From the human T2T-CHM13v2.0 reference genome, Homo sapiens, in the NCBI GenBank assembly GCA_009914755.4, contig CP086569.2:19392001-19456000 (forward strand): 64,000 bases of DNA, given 5' to 3'. Positions 1 through 13,345 of this stretch are shown in pieces (position 1 is the first letter of the stretch; each line of letters opens with the position of its first letter). The translations under genes were made by a program, and so were the position numbers. The notes under the pieces are model-generated. The model did no database searches. It was given only the letters and a program-made list of their open reading frames with translations, and was not told the origin of the DNA.

Positions 1-170
1 ATTCTGTACTGCCAATTTATATCCCTGTTTTATAATCTTGGGATTCTTGCTTTACATTCTAAAATGTTGTCTCTGAACAATTAGTGAATATCAAGTAAGT
101 TTTTTATTTTTTTTAAAGGTAGTCTTAAAAGTCTAATGATCTTTAGTGAAAATAATGAGGAGATTTGGAT

Positions 171-322
171 ATGGTGGTTCATTTCTGTAATCCCAAGTAG
201 TTGGAAGGATGAGGCAGGAGTATATTACTTGAACCCTGGAGTGTGAGGACTGATTGAGCTATGTGCTAACATCATGCCACTGCAGTCCAGCCTGGGCCAC
301 AGAGCATAATCTGAATAAAAAA
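171..322 (+). mobile_element. Partial Alu (right-monomer-like fragment with A-rich tail)
   Basis: tggtggttcatttctgtaatcccaagtag...ctgcagtccagcctgggccacagagc...aaaaaa matches the Alu right arm; the left arm is absent. Confidence 0.6.
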
Positions 323-1160
323 TAGAACTATAAAAAGTAATATAGCATTGCTGTTTTTAATTCACTTGTAGTAATGCATAGATAGCATATTTAGCCAAAA
401 CGTTTTAAACTGGTAATATGCCAAGAGGTCAGATGTTTGAGTCAGATTGCTAGCTAGCTCCTCAACTGGCTAAATCTGTAGTATTTTGCAAAGTATTTCT
501 CCTAAATGTAATTAGTTTTTTTATTTGTTAAATGGATTTACTAATGCTACCTGCTTAGGAAACTAACTCTGATATTAATTAGTTTACCTCAAAAACTTGT
601 TCTGAATGACATATATTAGGCAATAAAATATTAGCTACTACTTGATATTACAAATTCTTTTCATCTGTTTACTTTTAAAGCTCATAGTGAGCACAATAAA
701 ATTCCAGAAGACCGATGATGGCTGTTAGATATAACAGAACGCTCTGAGAGTCACTATCAGAAATGAGCATATCAGTGCATAAAATGTATGGTAGCTTTAT
801 TTAGCAGCTGTTTCATTGTTTACCATAGCATTTTTTCTTACAATTTTGTAGAAGCCTGTGTCAGAATCAAGAAGTTTTTTTTAGAAGATGATAATCATGG
901 ATGATTGAAATCATACTGAAAATTATTCTAAATTCTATTATATTTATAGTTGTATTTTCTTTCAAAGGATAATGGAAGTCTTAAAAAGAAAATGGATACT
1001 TCTCTGCCAGGGGAGATACTGTGATCATGAAGGTGGCTTTCCCAGGGCAAGGCTGATCTATTGCATTCTGGATGTGCTGACTCCTACGATTTCCCCAAGT
1101 GTGGGAAACTCAACTGCATAATTTGTGGAAGTAATGACTGTGTTTGCACTTTCACGTGGA

Positions 1161-1244
1161 AAAAGAAAAGGAAAGGAAAGGAAAGGAAAGGAAAGGAAAG
1201 GAAAGGAAAGGAAAGGAAAGGAAAGGAAAGGAAAGAAAGAAAAT
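1161..1244. repeat. (GGAAA)n microsatellite, about 16 units
   Basis: Direct reading: aaaggaaaggaaagg... This tract is what creates the spurious KGKERKGKER ORF at 1061-1273. Confidence 0.95.
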
Positions 1245-2364
1245 TGACTCGTTTAGTGGATATAGAAACTTGAAAGAAGACCATATACTGGAAACAATTC
1301 CATGTGTCTAAAAAATGGTCTCCTCCAGTACACAAAAATAAAACATCAAATGTTTATTTCTTAGAAAGATCAAATAGTGCTAGGATGACACTTACAAAAG
1401 CTTTCAAACTTTGGATGAGTGGGCAGGGGGAAGCCCCCAAAGGGCAGCAGATAAATCTGGGAAAAAGAGAAATAATTTTTAAATGTGTAAGCCAATGTTT
1501 ATGTATTAATATTGCCCTTAAAAATATTTATTTTATTAAATGGTTAGCATTGGTTTGTTTGGTCTTAGAAAGTATTTCCTTTTGGAAATGACTTGTGTGA
1601 AATGGTCTAGAAATTATGTAGCTAAAATAATTCATATTTTTCCCTGTATTACAAATCATTTGCAGGCATTGCAAACATATTAAAGATGCCAGCTTTTTTG
1701 CACTTCTTAACGTTTATTCTAAATGAAGAAAATTAAATATAAGGTACAAAGTTACTTTTATAATCAAATAAATCAGTCTTTTTAAATATTTAGAATTTGA
1801 AGCCAGATGACAAAGATGCCTTAGATGAGCATAAGTCCTCTCCAACAGAATATGCTCCATTATATCCTCATCCAACAGGCTTTATGTATCAATAGGTAAA
1901 TAAATAAAGTTTTTATTTTTCTTTTTTGAACTCATTTTCATCTTTACTTACGTGGTTTTCAATTATTATTTTCTTACATATTTTGTAACGTATCAGCTGT
2001 GACTGTAAATTAAGAAAAACATTATCTAGGGCAGCTTTGGCAAGATGATCAGAAGAAGAATGCTTCAAGTGGGGTCATGTTTTATTTTACCCTTTTGATA
2101 TTTTGTTTGTAATTAGGTACTACCTTGTCCTAGTTCATAAAAATGTGTCATATTTCAATAAGATCATAAAGTAATTTATTTAATCTCTCTCAAAATCCAG
2201 TGACAGTAAAAATTAACAATTTTACGAGTTTTCATACAAAATTTACCAAAAAACAAATACTGACCAAAAATATAAATAAAAACCATTTCTGAGCACTTCT
2301 AAGTTAAAACAAATATTTTTATTAAAATATTATGGGAAGACTAGACACGACGTGAGTAATGCAC

Positions 2365-2582
2365 TTTTCTCTTTCTTTCTGTCTTTCTTTGTTTCTTCCT
2401 TTCTTTCTCTCTTTCTTTCTTTCTTTTCCTTTCTTTCTTTCCTTCTTTTCCTTCCTTTCTTCTTTCTTTCTTTTCTTTTTCTTTTCTTTTCCTCATTCTC
2501 TCTCTCTTCTTTCTTTCTTTTCTTTCTTTCTTTCTTTCTTTCTTACTTTCTTTCTTCCTTTCTTCCTTTCCTTCTTTTTTTC
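2365..2582. repeat. Long polypyrimidine (CTTT)n/(TTTC)n/(CT)n tract of about 220 bp
   Basis: ctttctttctgtctttctttgtttcttcctttc... runs continuously into the tail of the adjacent Alu. It generates the FLSFLS pseudo-ORFs. Confidence 0.95.
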
Positions 2583-2862
2583 TGATGCAGTTTCACTCTT
2601 GTTGCATGGGCTGTACTGCAATGTTTGCGATCTTGGCTCACTACAACTTCCACCCCATGAGTTCAAGCGGTTCTCCTGCCTCAGCCTCCCAAGTAGCTAG
2701 GATTACAGGCATGCACAACCACGTGTGGCTAATTTTGTATTTTTGGTAGAGACAGGGTTTCCCCTTGTCAGCCAGGGTGGTCTGGATCTCCTGACCTCGT
2801 GATCCACCTGCCTTGGACTCTCAAAGTGCTGGTATTACAGGTGGTGAGCCATGGCACCTGGC
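2575..2862 (-). mobile_element. Alu, diverged AluS/J-like, antisense
   Basis: tttttttctgatgcagtttcactcttgttgc...gctcactacaacttccacc...cctcagcctcccaagtagctaggattacaggcatg...ctcaaagtgctggtattacaggtggtgagccatggcacctggc is the reverse complement of the Alu consensus. Confidence 0.9.
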
Positions 2863-5800
2863 TAAGTTAATCATTTGAAAGGTTTTCTTGTGCTGTAACA
2901 TTTAGCATGACTTCTCACCAAGTTCATGTAGCCAAGGGATGGAATCACCCAGAGTAACAGCTTTATTGCTCAGAAACCTTATTTTTTAAAACCAGAAAAA
3001 TGTAAAAAACAAGCAGATTATAATTCTACACGTTCTTCACCTTTAATATAGTTTAATTTCTTGTTGAGATAAGGAATATTGCCATATGTTTAATAGAAAT
3101 TCTAAAATATTAAAACCAACATGAACACTTTTCATATGTCACAATGTGTGGAGCATGGTAGACTGTATTTTTTTTTTTTTTTTTGGACTGGGGCACTTTT
3201 GTGATAGAATTTACTAAGTGATGCTTGTGATGCTTTTAAAACATGGCTTCATCTAATTCCAGTGAAGTGCATATTATCAGAATCCACAGTATTTTGAATT
3301 ACCAGTGTGCCAAGATTTCTGACTGCTTTGCTACCCAGTCACAATTTTCCTTGAAAGCAGTAAGGCTCGTAGTTTATTTCTATGTTATTTTAAAGTGTTT
3401 GTTGTTAGAGGTAGGGTTTACTGAAGATATAAGCTCCTTCCGATTTTAAATAATTCATACAATTTTTTTCATTCAATATAATATCTCTATGCCCATTGTT
3501 GGAAACAATAGGATATGAAGTGTGTTGCACAGTGTGAGGAACAGCAATTCGTTTGTTTGAACTGGTTAGAATATACTATGTTTTTATCTTTTTATAGTAT
3601 GTAAACATTAGCATTGAACATTATGAATGCCAAATGCAGTCTACATTAGTCAAGACCTATAAATACACTATCAGGGCTACTGATATTGGTACATTGTAAT
3701 CCAACTATGTCATGGGCCTTCCTATTTGGCCTATTGTTATTTGCAGTCTACATTTCTCTCCAGGCCTAGACTTAGATTTGGGAATTTCTGTTCCTTAAAG
3801 AGTACAAAAGAAATAAGTGTAGATTAATTCTATTCCTGCTTTACTGCTGCACCTCTATAAGGTTGCCATCTCAAGTGAATACATCATGATGTCCTGGTTC
3901 TAATCACCTTCCAATCATCCTGGAGAGGATTCTTCAAATGGGAACCAACATGTCCTTTTTTAATGTACCCCTTAAATTTGTACTATTAAGAAGATGCCAG
4001 GATGTGACTCAGCCCATTGAAAGTCCATGTGTCACATACAGGCTTCTGTTTGAAAGTCCAGTTTTCTATTGTTCACATGGCCAGGACGTTGATTACTATT
4101 TACTACTCATGAATTCAAACAATTGCCTTTATAAATCATGGTTTAATGTTTTTAATCCTTTATTTAAAAAGAAAAAAAACAGCATGCAGTTCAATCATTG
4201 AGGTAATTTGCTCATTCCATCTTCAATTGGTCTTTTTATTTCTGGTCTCTGTGAAAGCCTGCCAACAGGACATTGTTCATCCACCTTGAAACGGCCATTC
4301 ATCAACCAAGCAGGTTGTTGTTGTCAATAGGGAGCTCTTCAAAGGGCATTGCCCATGTGACAGTGGGATCCAGTAATTCCTGAGGTGGTTCCAGACTACA
4401 TGCTAGAAAATTCCCTACTACCTGCTCTTGAACAGGATGAGCAACTCCTTGCACTTCCCTGGTAACGTTTTTCTCCTATAAAGCCATTTTTTATGTTATC
4501 TTGGAAGTGTTCTGAGCACTTCCTCATTAGACTGTTTCCTTACTTTGCCCAACACGTTATAGGTGTTGCAAGTTTTATAATTATTTTATGGTCTTCAGTC
4601 AAAGAAGCAGGCAAGGCAAGCTAGTAATTATCTTTCCAATGGCACGTATTATTTCATGGCATCCAGGAGTGCCCTGGACCACAATTTCCAGCTAATGCTG
4701 AAGAGGGGCATGTGTGGGTTTTCTCTCATCACCTTAGTCTGCCCAAGAACATGTGCCAGTACTTCTAAAATCAGAATTTGGATCACAAAGCCCCAACGTG
4801 TGGAGAGAAAGAGCTTTTTACAATTCAGAAGTGGACAGCTTTAGTGAAATTTCTTATTTAAATAGACCATTATTTATTGTTTCTTTAAATTGATGCATTA
4901 TAATTTTACCTATTTACAAAGTAGAACTATTATTTTGATACATGCACACAATGAGCAATGAGCAAATTTTTAAATGGCTTATTGGTAATTGGTATATTAG
5001 TCATTTCAGACATATATGACATATTTGTTTCAAGAACTTTCCAAATCTAAACTTCTAGTTATTTTGAAATCTGTAATAAGTTATTCATACCTATAGTCTC
5101 CCTTCTATACAATCAAACTTTAGGACCTATTCCTTCTAACTTTATTTTTTACACATTAACTAGCTCACTTATTTGTTTGCTCAATGTCTTTCACAGCCTG
5201 TAATAATATGTCATGCTATTCTCTACCTCCATGAGATGAAATTTGTTATTTCTGAGATATGAATAAAAACATGCAATCCTTGTCCTTTATATTTTTTGGC
5301 TAGTTTCACTTAATACTTGTCCTTTAAATGAAGGCTTTTTTCTGACTAATGTTTAGTTAATGTATTGAGGTTTTTATACAACTGAAATAAGCACTCACCT
5401 AAAATTTCTCTTAACTGTTGCCAAAACTCTCTGGGTACATAGGATTGCAGTTTGAAAACGGCTAAATGAACAAAGATGTCTTGAAGGTGTCCTAGGACAT
5501 TAATATTGTACGATTTTCTATCTCCTGTCTTACTTAACTCTGGTTTGTCTTCAAATTAATAAAAATATTCTAGTAAATTATCTTGGGGATCAACATTAAA
5601 GACCAAAAAAAAAAAAAAAAAATCAGTAATGCACTAGTTTAACTTTATAAATATAAGGAAAAAAGTTGAAACAAATACCAAAAGTTACTGAATAAAATGA
5701 AATACATTTTTATACTCTTAATTTTAAAAGCACTTTATTTACTTTTTATTTTTTACTATTATTGCTTATTTGAAACATGAACTGTTATAACTGGGTTCAC

Positions 5801-6582
5801 GGAGAAGTTATCATAAAAGAGTAGCAAAGAAATAACATACACTGCAGGTAATATAAAATAGTAAAATTTTGTCAAGTATGCAGGAGTGAAGACAAATGAG
5901 TCCTCTTCTACTTTGGGGGAATACGTTACATAGGGTTTGTAAGATGGATTCAGTATCTTTTTTGAGAATAATGCATTTTCCAAATTACATAAGATTATTT
6001 ACTTGAGGAGATCAGTATTATTAAGACTCAATAAATATGCCTATTAACCGTAGTTGTGGAAGGAATGAGAGCATAGACAGAAGCTCTAAAATCAAAACAT
6101 GATTGTAGCCATAGAGCAAAATACAGTTGGTTTACAAGTGTCTGAGAGGTTTCTGTATGCTTTTCATTGTGTCTTAGGTTTGTGATGAAGAAATAAACAA
6201 TGCCCAGTTCCTGCCCTGGAGAAGCTCATTGCATAGAAAAAGGAAAAAGGCAGATATACATGCCACAGTACAGTGCTGAGACAACATAAATCACAAGCAA
6301 CCAAGTACAAAGGTAAGATATGTAATTTGAAATTTTATATTCTGTTTCTATTGCTTCTTGCTGTTGTGAGTAGCCATCTCTATATGTGTTAAATTCAACA
6401 CCCTAGGGGTAACACGGACTATGGTACCAGAACTTACATTCCAATTTTTCTTCCAATAGTGGCTGTTAACCAAGTATTGGTGAATATCCTATATGAAGAT
6501 TCTGCTAAAAGTAAAGCTACCCTGACTGCGATGCATGGATGATACAATTTACTGCGTCTAGGAAAGAGAAAGAAAGTGTGTG

Positions 6583-6973
<391 letters not shown>

Positions 6974-7588
6974 TTATAGGAAAACCATTTACTACAGTTA
7001 AACTAGACTGATTTTTAAATTTACCTTCTGTCGATATCTATACAAAAAGTAAAATAATAATAATAAAGGGCTTGAGCATAAACATTACCAAAATTTATGT
7101 ATTCCATGTTCACTTATTTGGAGGTATATCCTAAATAGGTGATCTGCTGACCTAACTTCTTTACGCTTTATTATAAAATGAATACTTTTCATAGGCAGTG
7201 TGATCATAATTCTTAACTAATATTTTTTACAAATTCACATAGCATAATATGAAGAACAAATTTGTTTCTTTAGCAGAAAAAGCTTTCATTTGGGAAAAAT
7301 ATAGAGAGAATTTTAAAAATAAGCACAGCTTCTGAAATGCAAATAATATAAATATGTCAGTTATAGTATCTCAGAGATTTTAGCTATATTATGAAAACAT
7401 ACTTCCTACATGATTATTTTAAAGCACAATAATTTCAGAGACAAAAGAGTAGCTGCTATCAGAATCTTCAAACACAGTAACAGAAATTAATAATTAGAAT
7501 TTACCTCACCGTTCTGCTTCTCATCTTCAAAAAATCATTGTCTATATTTTTACCTATGCATTCAATTGCGAGAACACTGCTTCCAGTG

Positions 7589-7589
<1 letters not shown>

Positions 7590-7674
<85 letters not shown>
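7590..7674. repeat. Compound microsatellite (AT)n(GT)n
   Basis: atatatatat x~19 followed immediately by gtgtgtgt x~23. Confidence 0.95.
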
Positions 7675-7677
<3 letters not shown>

Positions 7678-9232
7678 GCTGCTGGATCACAAAATTCATG
7701 TGATAGGTGGCACCAGCAGTTTGAGTCCCACAAATATTTCTGGTGGGTGAGATCTAACAGAGTGCAGATATTCCCCCTGAAAAAGTGCTTCACAACCTGA
7801 GATAACAAGAAAAAATAGTGCTTGTACTATGAAAATAATAACTCTGCCTACTCTTCTTTCCGTCAAGTGACAAATTAATATTAACAACAACTCATTTATC
7901 AACACTGCCGTTTTGAAAGAGTACTTTAGATTTTTATATTAACAACAAATCAAGTGACTATTATAGATTTTTAACTTCAGACCCTTTAGGTCCATATTTT
8001 AATGACATAACATCTGTTTGTTTAAAAAGGAAAGTATTTGTTTAAAAAAACCTCTTTTGAATATACATATAACTATGTCAATTCAATTGTTAAATAAATT
8101 AACATACAAAGTGTTTTTAAAAAGAAAACTCTTCTCTCTACATGGTTGCCACAAGACAAATAAAGATCTGATCTTTTAAGCAGTGAGTTTAGTACAAAAC
8201 TCCTACAATGTGCTAGAAAATATGCTCACACAGAGAAAAACATAAATATAATTTCACATTTATCAATTAAAGTTATGTACAGAATGCTGTTGTTAATTGT
8301 ATTCTAAAACCTCAGTTTTCTCTTGAAATAAACTAAATTTTGTTATCATTTGTTAATTTACTTATATTACCTCCCACCCTGAGTTTCAGTTCCATGTAAG
8401 ATTTGAACATTGCTACTTACTTTGCTGTACTGACGTGGATATTTAGAAGTAATACAATGCACCCCAAAGTTCTCTTCTCGTATTATGAAAGTGGGTTTCA
8501 TTGAATTACTTTCAAAGTAAACTATTATTAATGAAGAAAAACAGCTTTATAATTTAAAAACTCACTAGTTACTGCTTTGTCTATGTAATATATTGCATTC
8601 AATCAGTCTACTATCTTTCTGAGGTTCTTTCCACAGCCCATAGCTAGTGCCACAAGTAGATCAAAACCAGGATTGATGGCAATGGTAGAGCTACAGACTG
8701 GAAGAGCTGGCTCTGCTGGCAGTTCTTTACTTCTTAAATACTACAGTTAAACTTGATGCAGGGAAGAGAACAACATCAATTAATTCCTAGTAAGTTAGAA
8801 AAAGAAATCACATGTTATTAGTAGAAAACATATGTTAAGAAAAATATGTCTTTTCAAGAAAATACTTTTATGTTTATTTGACATAAACATCTCATTATAT
8901 CTTGAAACAATTTTGGATTGTGTTCCAAAGAAAAATCATTTAAAAAAAACCGAGGACAATCAATAAATGTAATTCATTTCCAAAATTAGATTTTTGAAGA
9001 AATTTCTAAAACTTGAGAGTTTTACCCAAAAGAAAAATAACATTCTAAATTAACCTACTCTTTTAATTACACATTAATGGAAGTAAATTTATTTTCAAAA
9101 AAAGAAAATGCATTAAAATTACGTTATTTTTCTTGAATTATGAGACATATAAACAAAGTCATCAAAAAGATGATATAAAAATAAGTTTTTGCAAGATGGA
9201 TGTTTTCTCAATTAGAAATTCAATCAAGGACA

Positions 9233-9500
9233 AGGCATGGTGACTCATACCTGTAATTTCAGCACTTTTGGAGGCGAAGGCAGGGAGCATACTTGAAGCC
9301 AAGAGCTTGAGACAGGCCTGGCCAATATGGTCAAATCCCATCAGGTGTGGTGGTGCTCACCTTTAATTTCAGCTAATCAAGAAGCTGAGGCAGAATAATC
9401 ACTTGAAACTGGGAAGCAGGGGGTTGCAGTGTGCCAAGATTGCACTGCTATACTCCAGCCAAAGACACAATGTGAGATTCCTTTATAAAAATAAAAGAAA
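9233..9500 (+). mobile_element. Alu, old AluJ-like and heavily diverged
   Basis: ggcatggtgactcatacctgtaatttcagcacttttggaggcgaaggcagg...ggtgtggtggtgctcacctttaatttcagctaatcaagaagctgaggcag...ctgctatactccagccaaagacac. Confidence 0.85.
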
Positions 9501-9689
9501 ATAAATTAAATCAATTAAGAATTGAGATATACTGCTTATTTACTTTTCAATGCAGTTTGTGGCAACTCTGAACTGCAATTACAAAAATGTCTTAAATAAA
9601 GCGCAGCACACATTTCAAAGTTACTATAACCTCACCTCTGCAGAAAGAAAGCTTTTTATTTTTAAATGCTGCTCCTCTTCCTGTGTCTA

Positions 9690-10035
9690 TGTGTCTTTAA
9701 TGTTCAATGTGAACATTGTTGATTGTGAACATGTACTGCTTGTTTTTGTTTTTAATTTCTGTGTTAGTTTGCTGAGGATGATGGCTTCCAGCTTCACCCA
9801 TCTCCCTTCAGAGAACATGATCTCCTTCTTTTATTGGCTGCATATTATTTCATGGTATATATGTGCCATGCTTTCTTTATCCAGTCTGTTACTGATGGGC
9901 ATCTGAGTAATTCAATGCCTTTGCTACTGTAATTAGTGCTGTAACACACATACACATGCACCTATTATTAGAATAGAATGACTTTTTTTTGAAGGGGGGC
10001 TATATACCCAGTAATGAAATAGCTGAGTCATTTGG
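9690..10035 (-). mobile_element. L1 3'-end fragment, antisense
   Basis: gtttgctgaggatgatggcttccagcttcacccatctc...tttattggctgcatattatttcatggtatatatgtgccatgctttctttatccagtctgttactgatgggcatctgag...ctatatacccagtaatgaaatagctgagtcatttggg parallels the L1 3' terminal region read on the antisense strand. Confidence 0.6.
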
Positions 10036-10105
10036 GTTTAAGCAATTGTCCTGCCTCAGCCTCCTGAGAAGCTGAGACTGCAAGTGCCCGCTACCATGCC
10101 CAGCT
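10036..10105 (-). mobile_element. Alu fragment, antisense
   Basis: gcaattgtcctgcctcagcctcctgagaagctgagactgcaagtgcccgctaccatgcccagct. Confidence 0.6.
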
Positions 10106-10149
10106 CCTTTATCTTTTTAATTATTGTCACATCAAATCTAGAACTAAGC

Positions 10150-10330
10150 ATGTGAAAAGAAAACTAGGTATGAGGAAAATGAAAAGCAAACCACAATGAG
10201 AGATATAAATGTATATTAAATAGAATGGCCTGTAATCAGAAAGAAATGACAGATGTTTGTGAATATATGGAAACATTGGGAAGCACATCCAAATTGCTAG
10301 TGGGAATATAAAGTGAGGTTGCTTCTTTAG
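10150..10330 (+). mobile_element. Old L1 (L1M-class) ORF2-end fragment, sense
   Basis: aatgaaaagcaaaccacaatgagagatataaat... / ...tgctagtgggaatataaagtg resembles the conserved L1 motifs aatgcaaatcaaaaccacaatgagatacca and ctgttggtgggaatgtaaa. Confidence 0.5.
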
Positions 10331-10799
10331 AAAACAGTCTGTTTCTTAAATAATTTGAGTACATTTGCATATTTTCCAAAAATCAAGGTGTATTTATGCT
10401 AATTTGTATAGGAATGTTTGTAGTAGCATTAGTCACGATATAAATGTTTCCATCAACTCCTAATGTGGAGGTAGACCTAGGCCGATGCTACCCTTGCCGT
10501 GCATTGGCATCATACGTTCACCTACCATATATCTGATATGATTGATGCAAATCCATATATTCTATAATGAAACCACCAAGATAAAGAATTTAGACAAAAT
10601 ACTGAAACTTTTTTGCCTCAGTATGCCTGGCTTAATAACAGGAAAGAATAGCAAGCCTGTTGCAGAAATCTCAAGCTTAGGAGACCCCAGCATTGTAAAG
10701 AAAGGAAACTCTGCCTTAGAAGGAGGCATTGTCTTTACCTTTCATGGGTGTTTCTTATACATAGCCCCTTGAGGATAATCTGCAACAGAAGGCTGTAAG

Positions 10800-11100
10800 T
10801 CACAAACAGCCTCATACTGTATGAATCCATTTATATGAAGTGTCTGTAATAGGCAAATCCATAGTGACAGAAAACGGCTTATTGGATACCAAGGGCTCTA
10901 GGAAACGGGGAAGCTGGGAGTTAATGGTAATGGGTGCAGAGGTGTTTTCATTTTTTTGATGATGGAAATCTTCTGTATTTAAAAAGTGGTGATGTTTGCA
11001 CACCTTTGTGAATACCCTGAAAAAAAACAGAGTATGTACTTTAAAATGGCTAATGTGATAGTTTGTGAGTTATCTCTCAATTAAAAAACTGTTGAAAGCT
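10800..11100 (+). mobile_element. Old L1 (L1M-class) 3' terminus, sense
   Basis: gggaagctgggagttaatggtaatgggtgcagaggtgttttcattttt...aagtggtgatgtttgcacacctttgtgaataccctgaaaaaaaacagagtatgtactttaaaatggctaat resembles the L1M 3' end (ggggaatggggagttattgtttaatggg...ggtgatggttgcacaacaatgtgaatgtact...). Confidence 0.5.
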
Positions 11101-11659
11101 TGGTCAAAGTTTTGAGCACTACGAGCCTTAGCAGGAATGTAGATGCAAGTTAAACACGAGACAAAAGTATTGAATGGGCCTCAGTCACATAAAGTGGCAG
11201 AGAAGTGAACAACTGAAAAAACAATGTGAGCTAAACTCAAAATTGGAATTGAATAAGAAAGAATGCTTTCTCCAGTCTACACAGCAAAACTGGGGGAAAT
11301 GGCCATGTAGGTGGATGATGGTTTACTTATAAATAATGCCTAGAAATATGCCCCTAAATGTTAAACCATTTTATATAAGAAGGCGAAACTCAGAATCTAG
11401 AAAGAAGTTGGCAATATCCGTTTTAAATTATAAATTGTGGAGCATACACCTGAAGAATTTAATGTACCTTTTAATCCTTGTTATACATAAATAGAAGCAG
11501 ACAGAATTATCTAGTTTGACAATAAAACCAGCAGGATAAATAATTTAGACAAATTATGTAACTTTTTATTGCTTCAGTCTCCACAGTTTAATAAGAAGAC
11601 CAAATAATAAGTCGTGTTGCAGATATTATGTCTTTGAACCTTTTAGAATAAAGGTCATG

Positions 11660-11960
11660 CCAGGCATGATTACTCACACGTTCAATCAAAACAATTAAGT
11701 GTGGGGGGCCAAGGCGGGTGGACGACCTGAGGCCAGGAGTTTGACATCAGCCTGGCCAACATGGAGAAACCCCGTCTGCATTAAAAATGTCAAAAACAAA
11801 CAAACAAACAAAAAAACTGCCAGTTGGTCTGGGAGGCCCCTGAGTTCCCAGCTACTCAGGAGGCTGACACAGCAGAATTGCTTGAACCCAAGAGGCAGAG
11901 GTGGCAGTGAACTGAGATCCTGTCACTCCAGCTTGAGCAACAGAGCAAGATTTAATCACA
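11660..11960 (+). mobile_element. Alu, diverged
   Basis: ccaggcatgattactcacac...ggccaaggcgggtggacgacctgaggccaggagtttgacatcagcctggccaacatggagaaaccccgtctg...gttcccagctactcaggaggctgacacagcagaattgcttgaaccc...cactccagcttgagcaacagagcaagat. Confidence 0.85.
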
Positions 11961-11970
11961 CTCCACCCCC

Positions 11971-11979
11971 GGGCCATAA

Positions 11980-12031
<52 letters not shown>
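11971..12031. repeat. (GATA)n/(TAGA)n tetranucleotide microsatellite, about 15 units
   Basis: atagatagatagatag... lies directly at the 3' tail of the preceding Alu. Confidence 0.95.
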
Positions 12032-12379
12032 ATTTAAGTGCAAATATATCAAGTATTGTTTATGCCAGTTCACCTGACAAAAGACAAAAATCCATGTTCT
12101 GATGGAATTTACATTTTGGCTTTAGTGAAAAGTAGTGACAACAGCTAGTGATTTTATTTTTAAGTAATAAAGATAAGGTTGGTGGGTTCATTTATAAGCA
12201 GGTAAATAGTATAAGCTCAAAGGAGATCTGAGCAAACTTATTGAAACAACAAGGAGTGCAAAACCTCTGAAGTTGTAGCCTACACTGAGGCTCAGAACAA
12301 GAAAGAGGACGGTAGAAGAAGATAAGCAAAATATAAGAAGAAGAAAATAATATGCAGTGGTTTATTACATTATAAAGAC

Positions 12380-12570
12380 CATGGTTTTATCTTAGGACAA
12401 AGGGAAGCTGGGATTGAATGCTAATAGGTAGATTTACTTTTTAAGGTAAGGACAAATAGTGATGGTTGCATAACGTTGAGAATATCGTGAAAATCACTGA
12501 ATTTGTACTTTACAATGGCTAATTTTATAGTATCTGAGCTATAACTCACATAGTTGTAATAGTGTAATAG
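12380..12570 (+). mobile_element. Second old L1 (L1M-class) 3' terminus, sense
   Basis: ggacaaagggaagctgggattgaatgctaataggtagatttactttttaagg...tagtgatggttgcataacgttgagaatatcgtgaaaatcactgaatttgtactttacaatggctaattttatag belongs to the same family as 10800-11100 at about 75% identity. Confidence 0.5.
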
Positions 12571-13077
12571 TTGTAATAGTGGAAGATAGGAGATCACTAA
12601 AGAGGCTGAGTTAATCAGATGGGAAATGTGGATGACCTGTATCTGGGTGACAGCAGGAGAAACAGGGAAAAGTGGTGAGATTCGGGACCCGTTTTAAAAG
12701 GAAAACATGCAGAATTTGGGGATTAATAGAAATGATGAGATGTAAAGAAAAGCATCACTGTTGACCTTACAGTTTTAGGCCTTTGCAGCGGGATGTAATT
12801 ACTATCAGGTGAAATGGGAAACACCTGGGGAAAGTTTTTTGGCAGGAGCATCAGAATTCAGTGTGTAGCCTTGAGATCAAATTGTCTGTTAAACATGAGT
12901 ATGTGCATTAGAGTCATCCATGATTTGGGCTTTAGTAAGAGACTGGCTGGAGATAACAATCTGGGACTCAGTACCATTTAGAAATCCATGGTACTGAAGA
13001 GATAACTGGGAGATTGAGAGTAAACTCACTAGGAATAGTTCAAAGAAGAGACAAACTAAGAAATAGTTGTTACATTT

Positions 13078-13345
13078 GGCCAGGACTGGTGGCTCACACC
13101 TCCAATGGCAGCACTTTGGGAGCCTGAGGCAGGCAGACGGCTTGATCCCAGGAATCAAGACCAGCCTGGGATACAAGGAGAGGCCGTGTTTCTACCAAAA
13201 TTAGCTAGTCTGGGTGGCCTGTAGTCACAGTCACCCTGGAGGCTGCAGTGGAAAGATCGCTTGAGCCTGGGAGGTTGAGGCTGCAGTCAGTTCTTGATAA
13301 AGCACTGCACTCCAGCCTGGAGAACAGAGGCAGACCATGTCTCAA
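13078..13345 (+). mobile_element. Alu, AluJ-like
   Basis: ggccaggactggtggctcacacctccaatggcagcactttgggagcctgaggcaggcag...tagctagtctgggtggcctgtagtcacag...gcactgcactccagcctggagaacagaggcagaccatgtctc. Confidence 0.85.

Noticed and set aside
1061-1273. 70-aa ORF rich in KGKERKGKER, and the overlapping minus-strand ORF
   Set aside because: It is the translation of the (GGAAA)n microsatellite. It has no start context or conservation signal.
2352-2700. 77-aa and 113-aa FLSFLS ORFs
   Set aside because: They are translations of the (CTTT)n polypyrimidine tract running into an antisense Alu.
10540-12570. Two roughly 75%-identical blocks (10545-11100 and 11500-12570) that looked like a local segmental duplication
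   Set aside because: Both end in the L1M 3'-terminal motif (ggtgatggttgcacaac...tgtgaat...). They are most simply two old copies of the same L1 subfamily 3' end in the same orientation, not a duplication of unique DNA.
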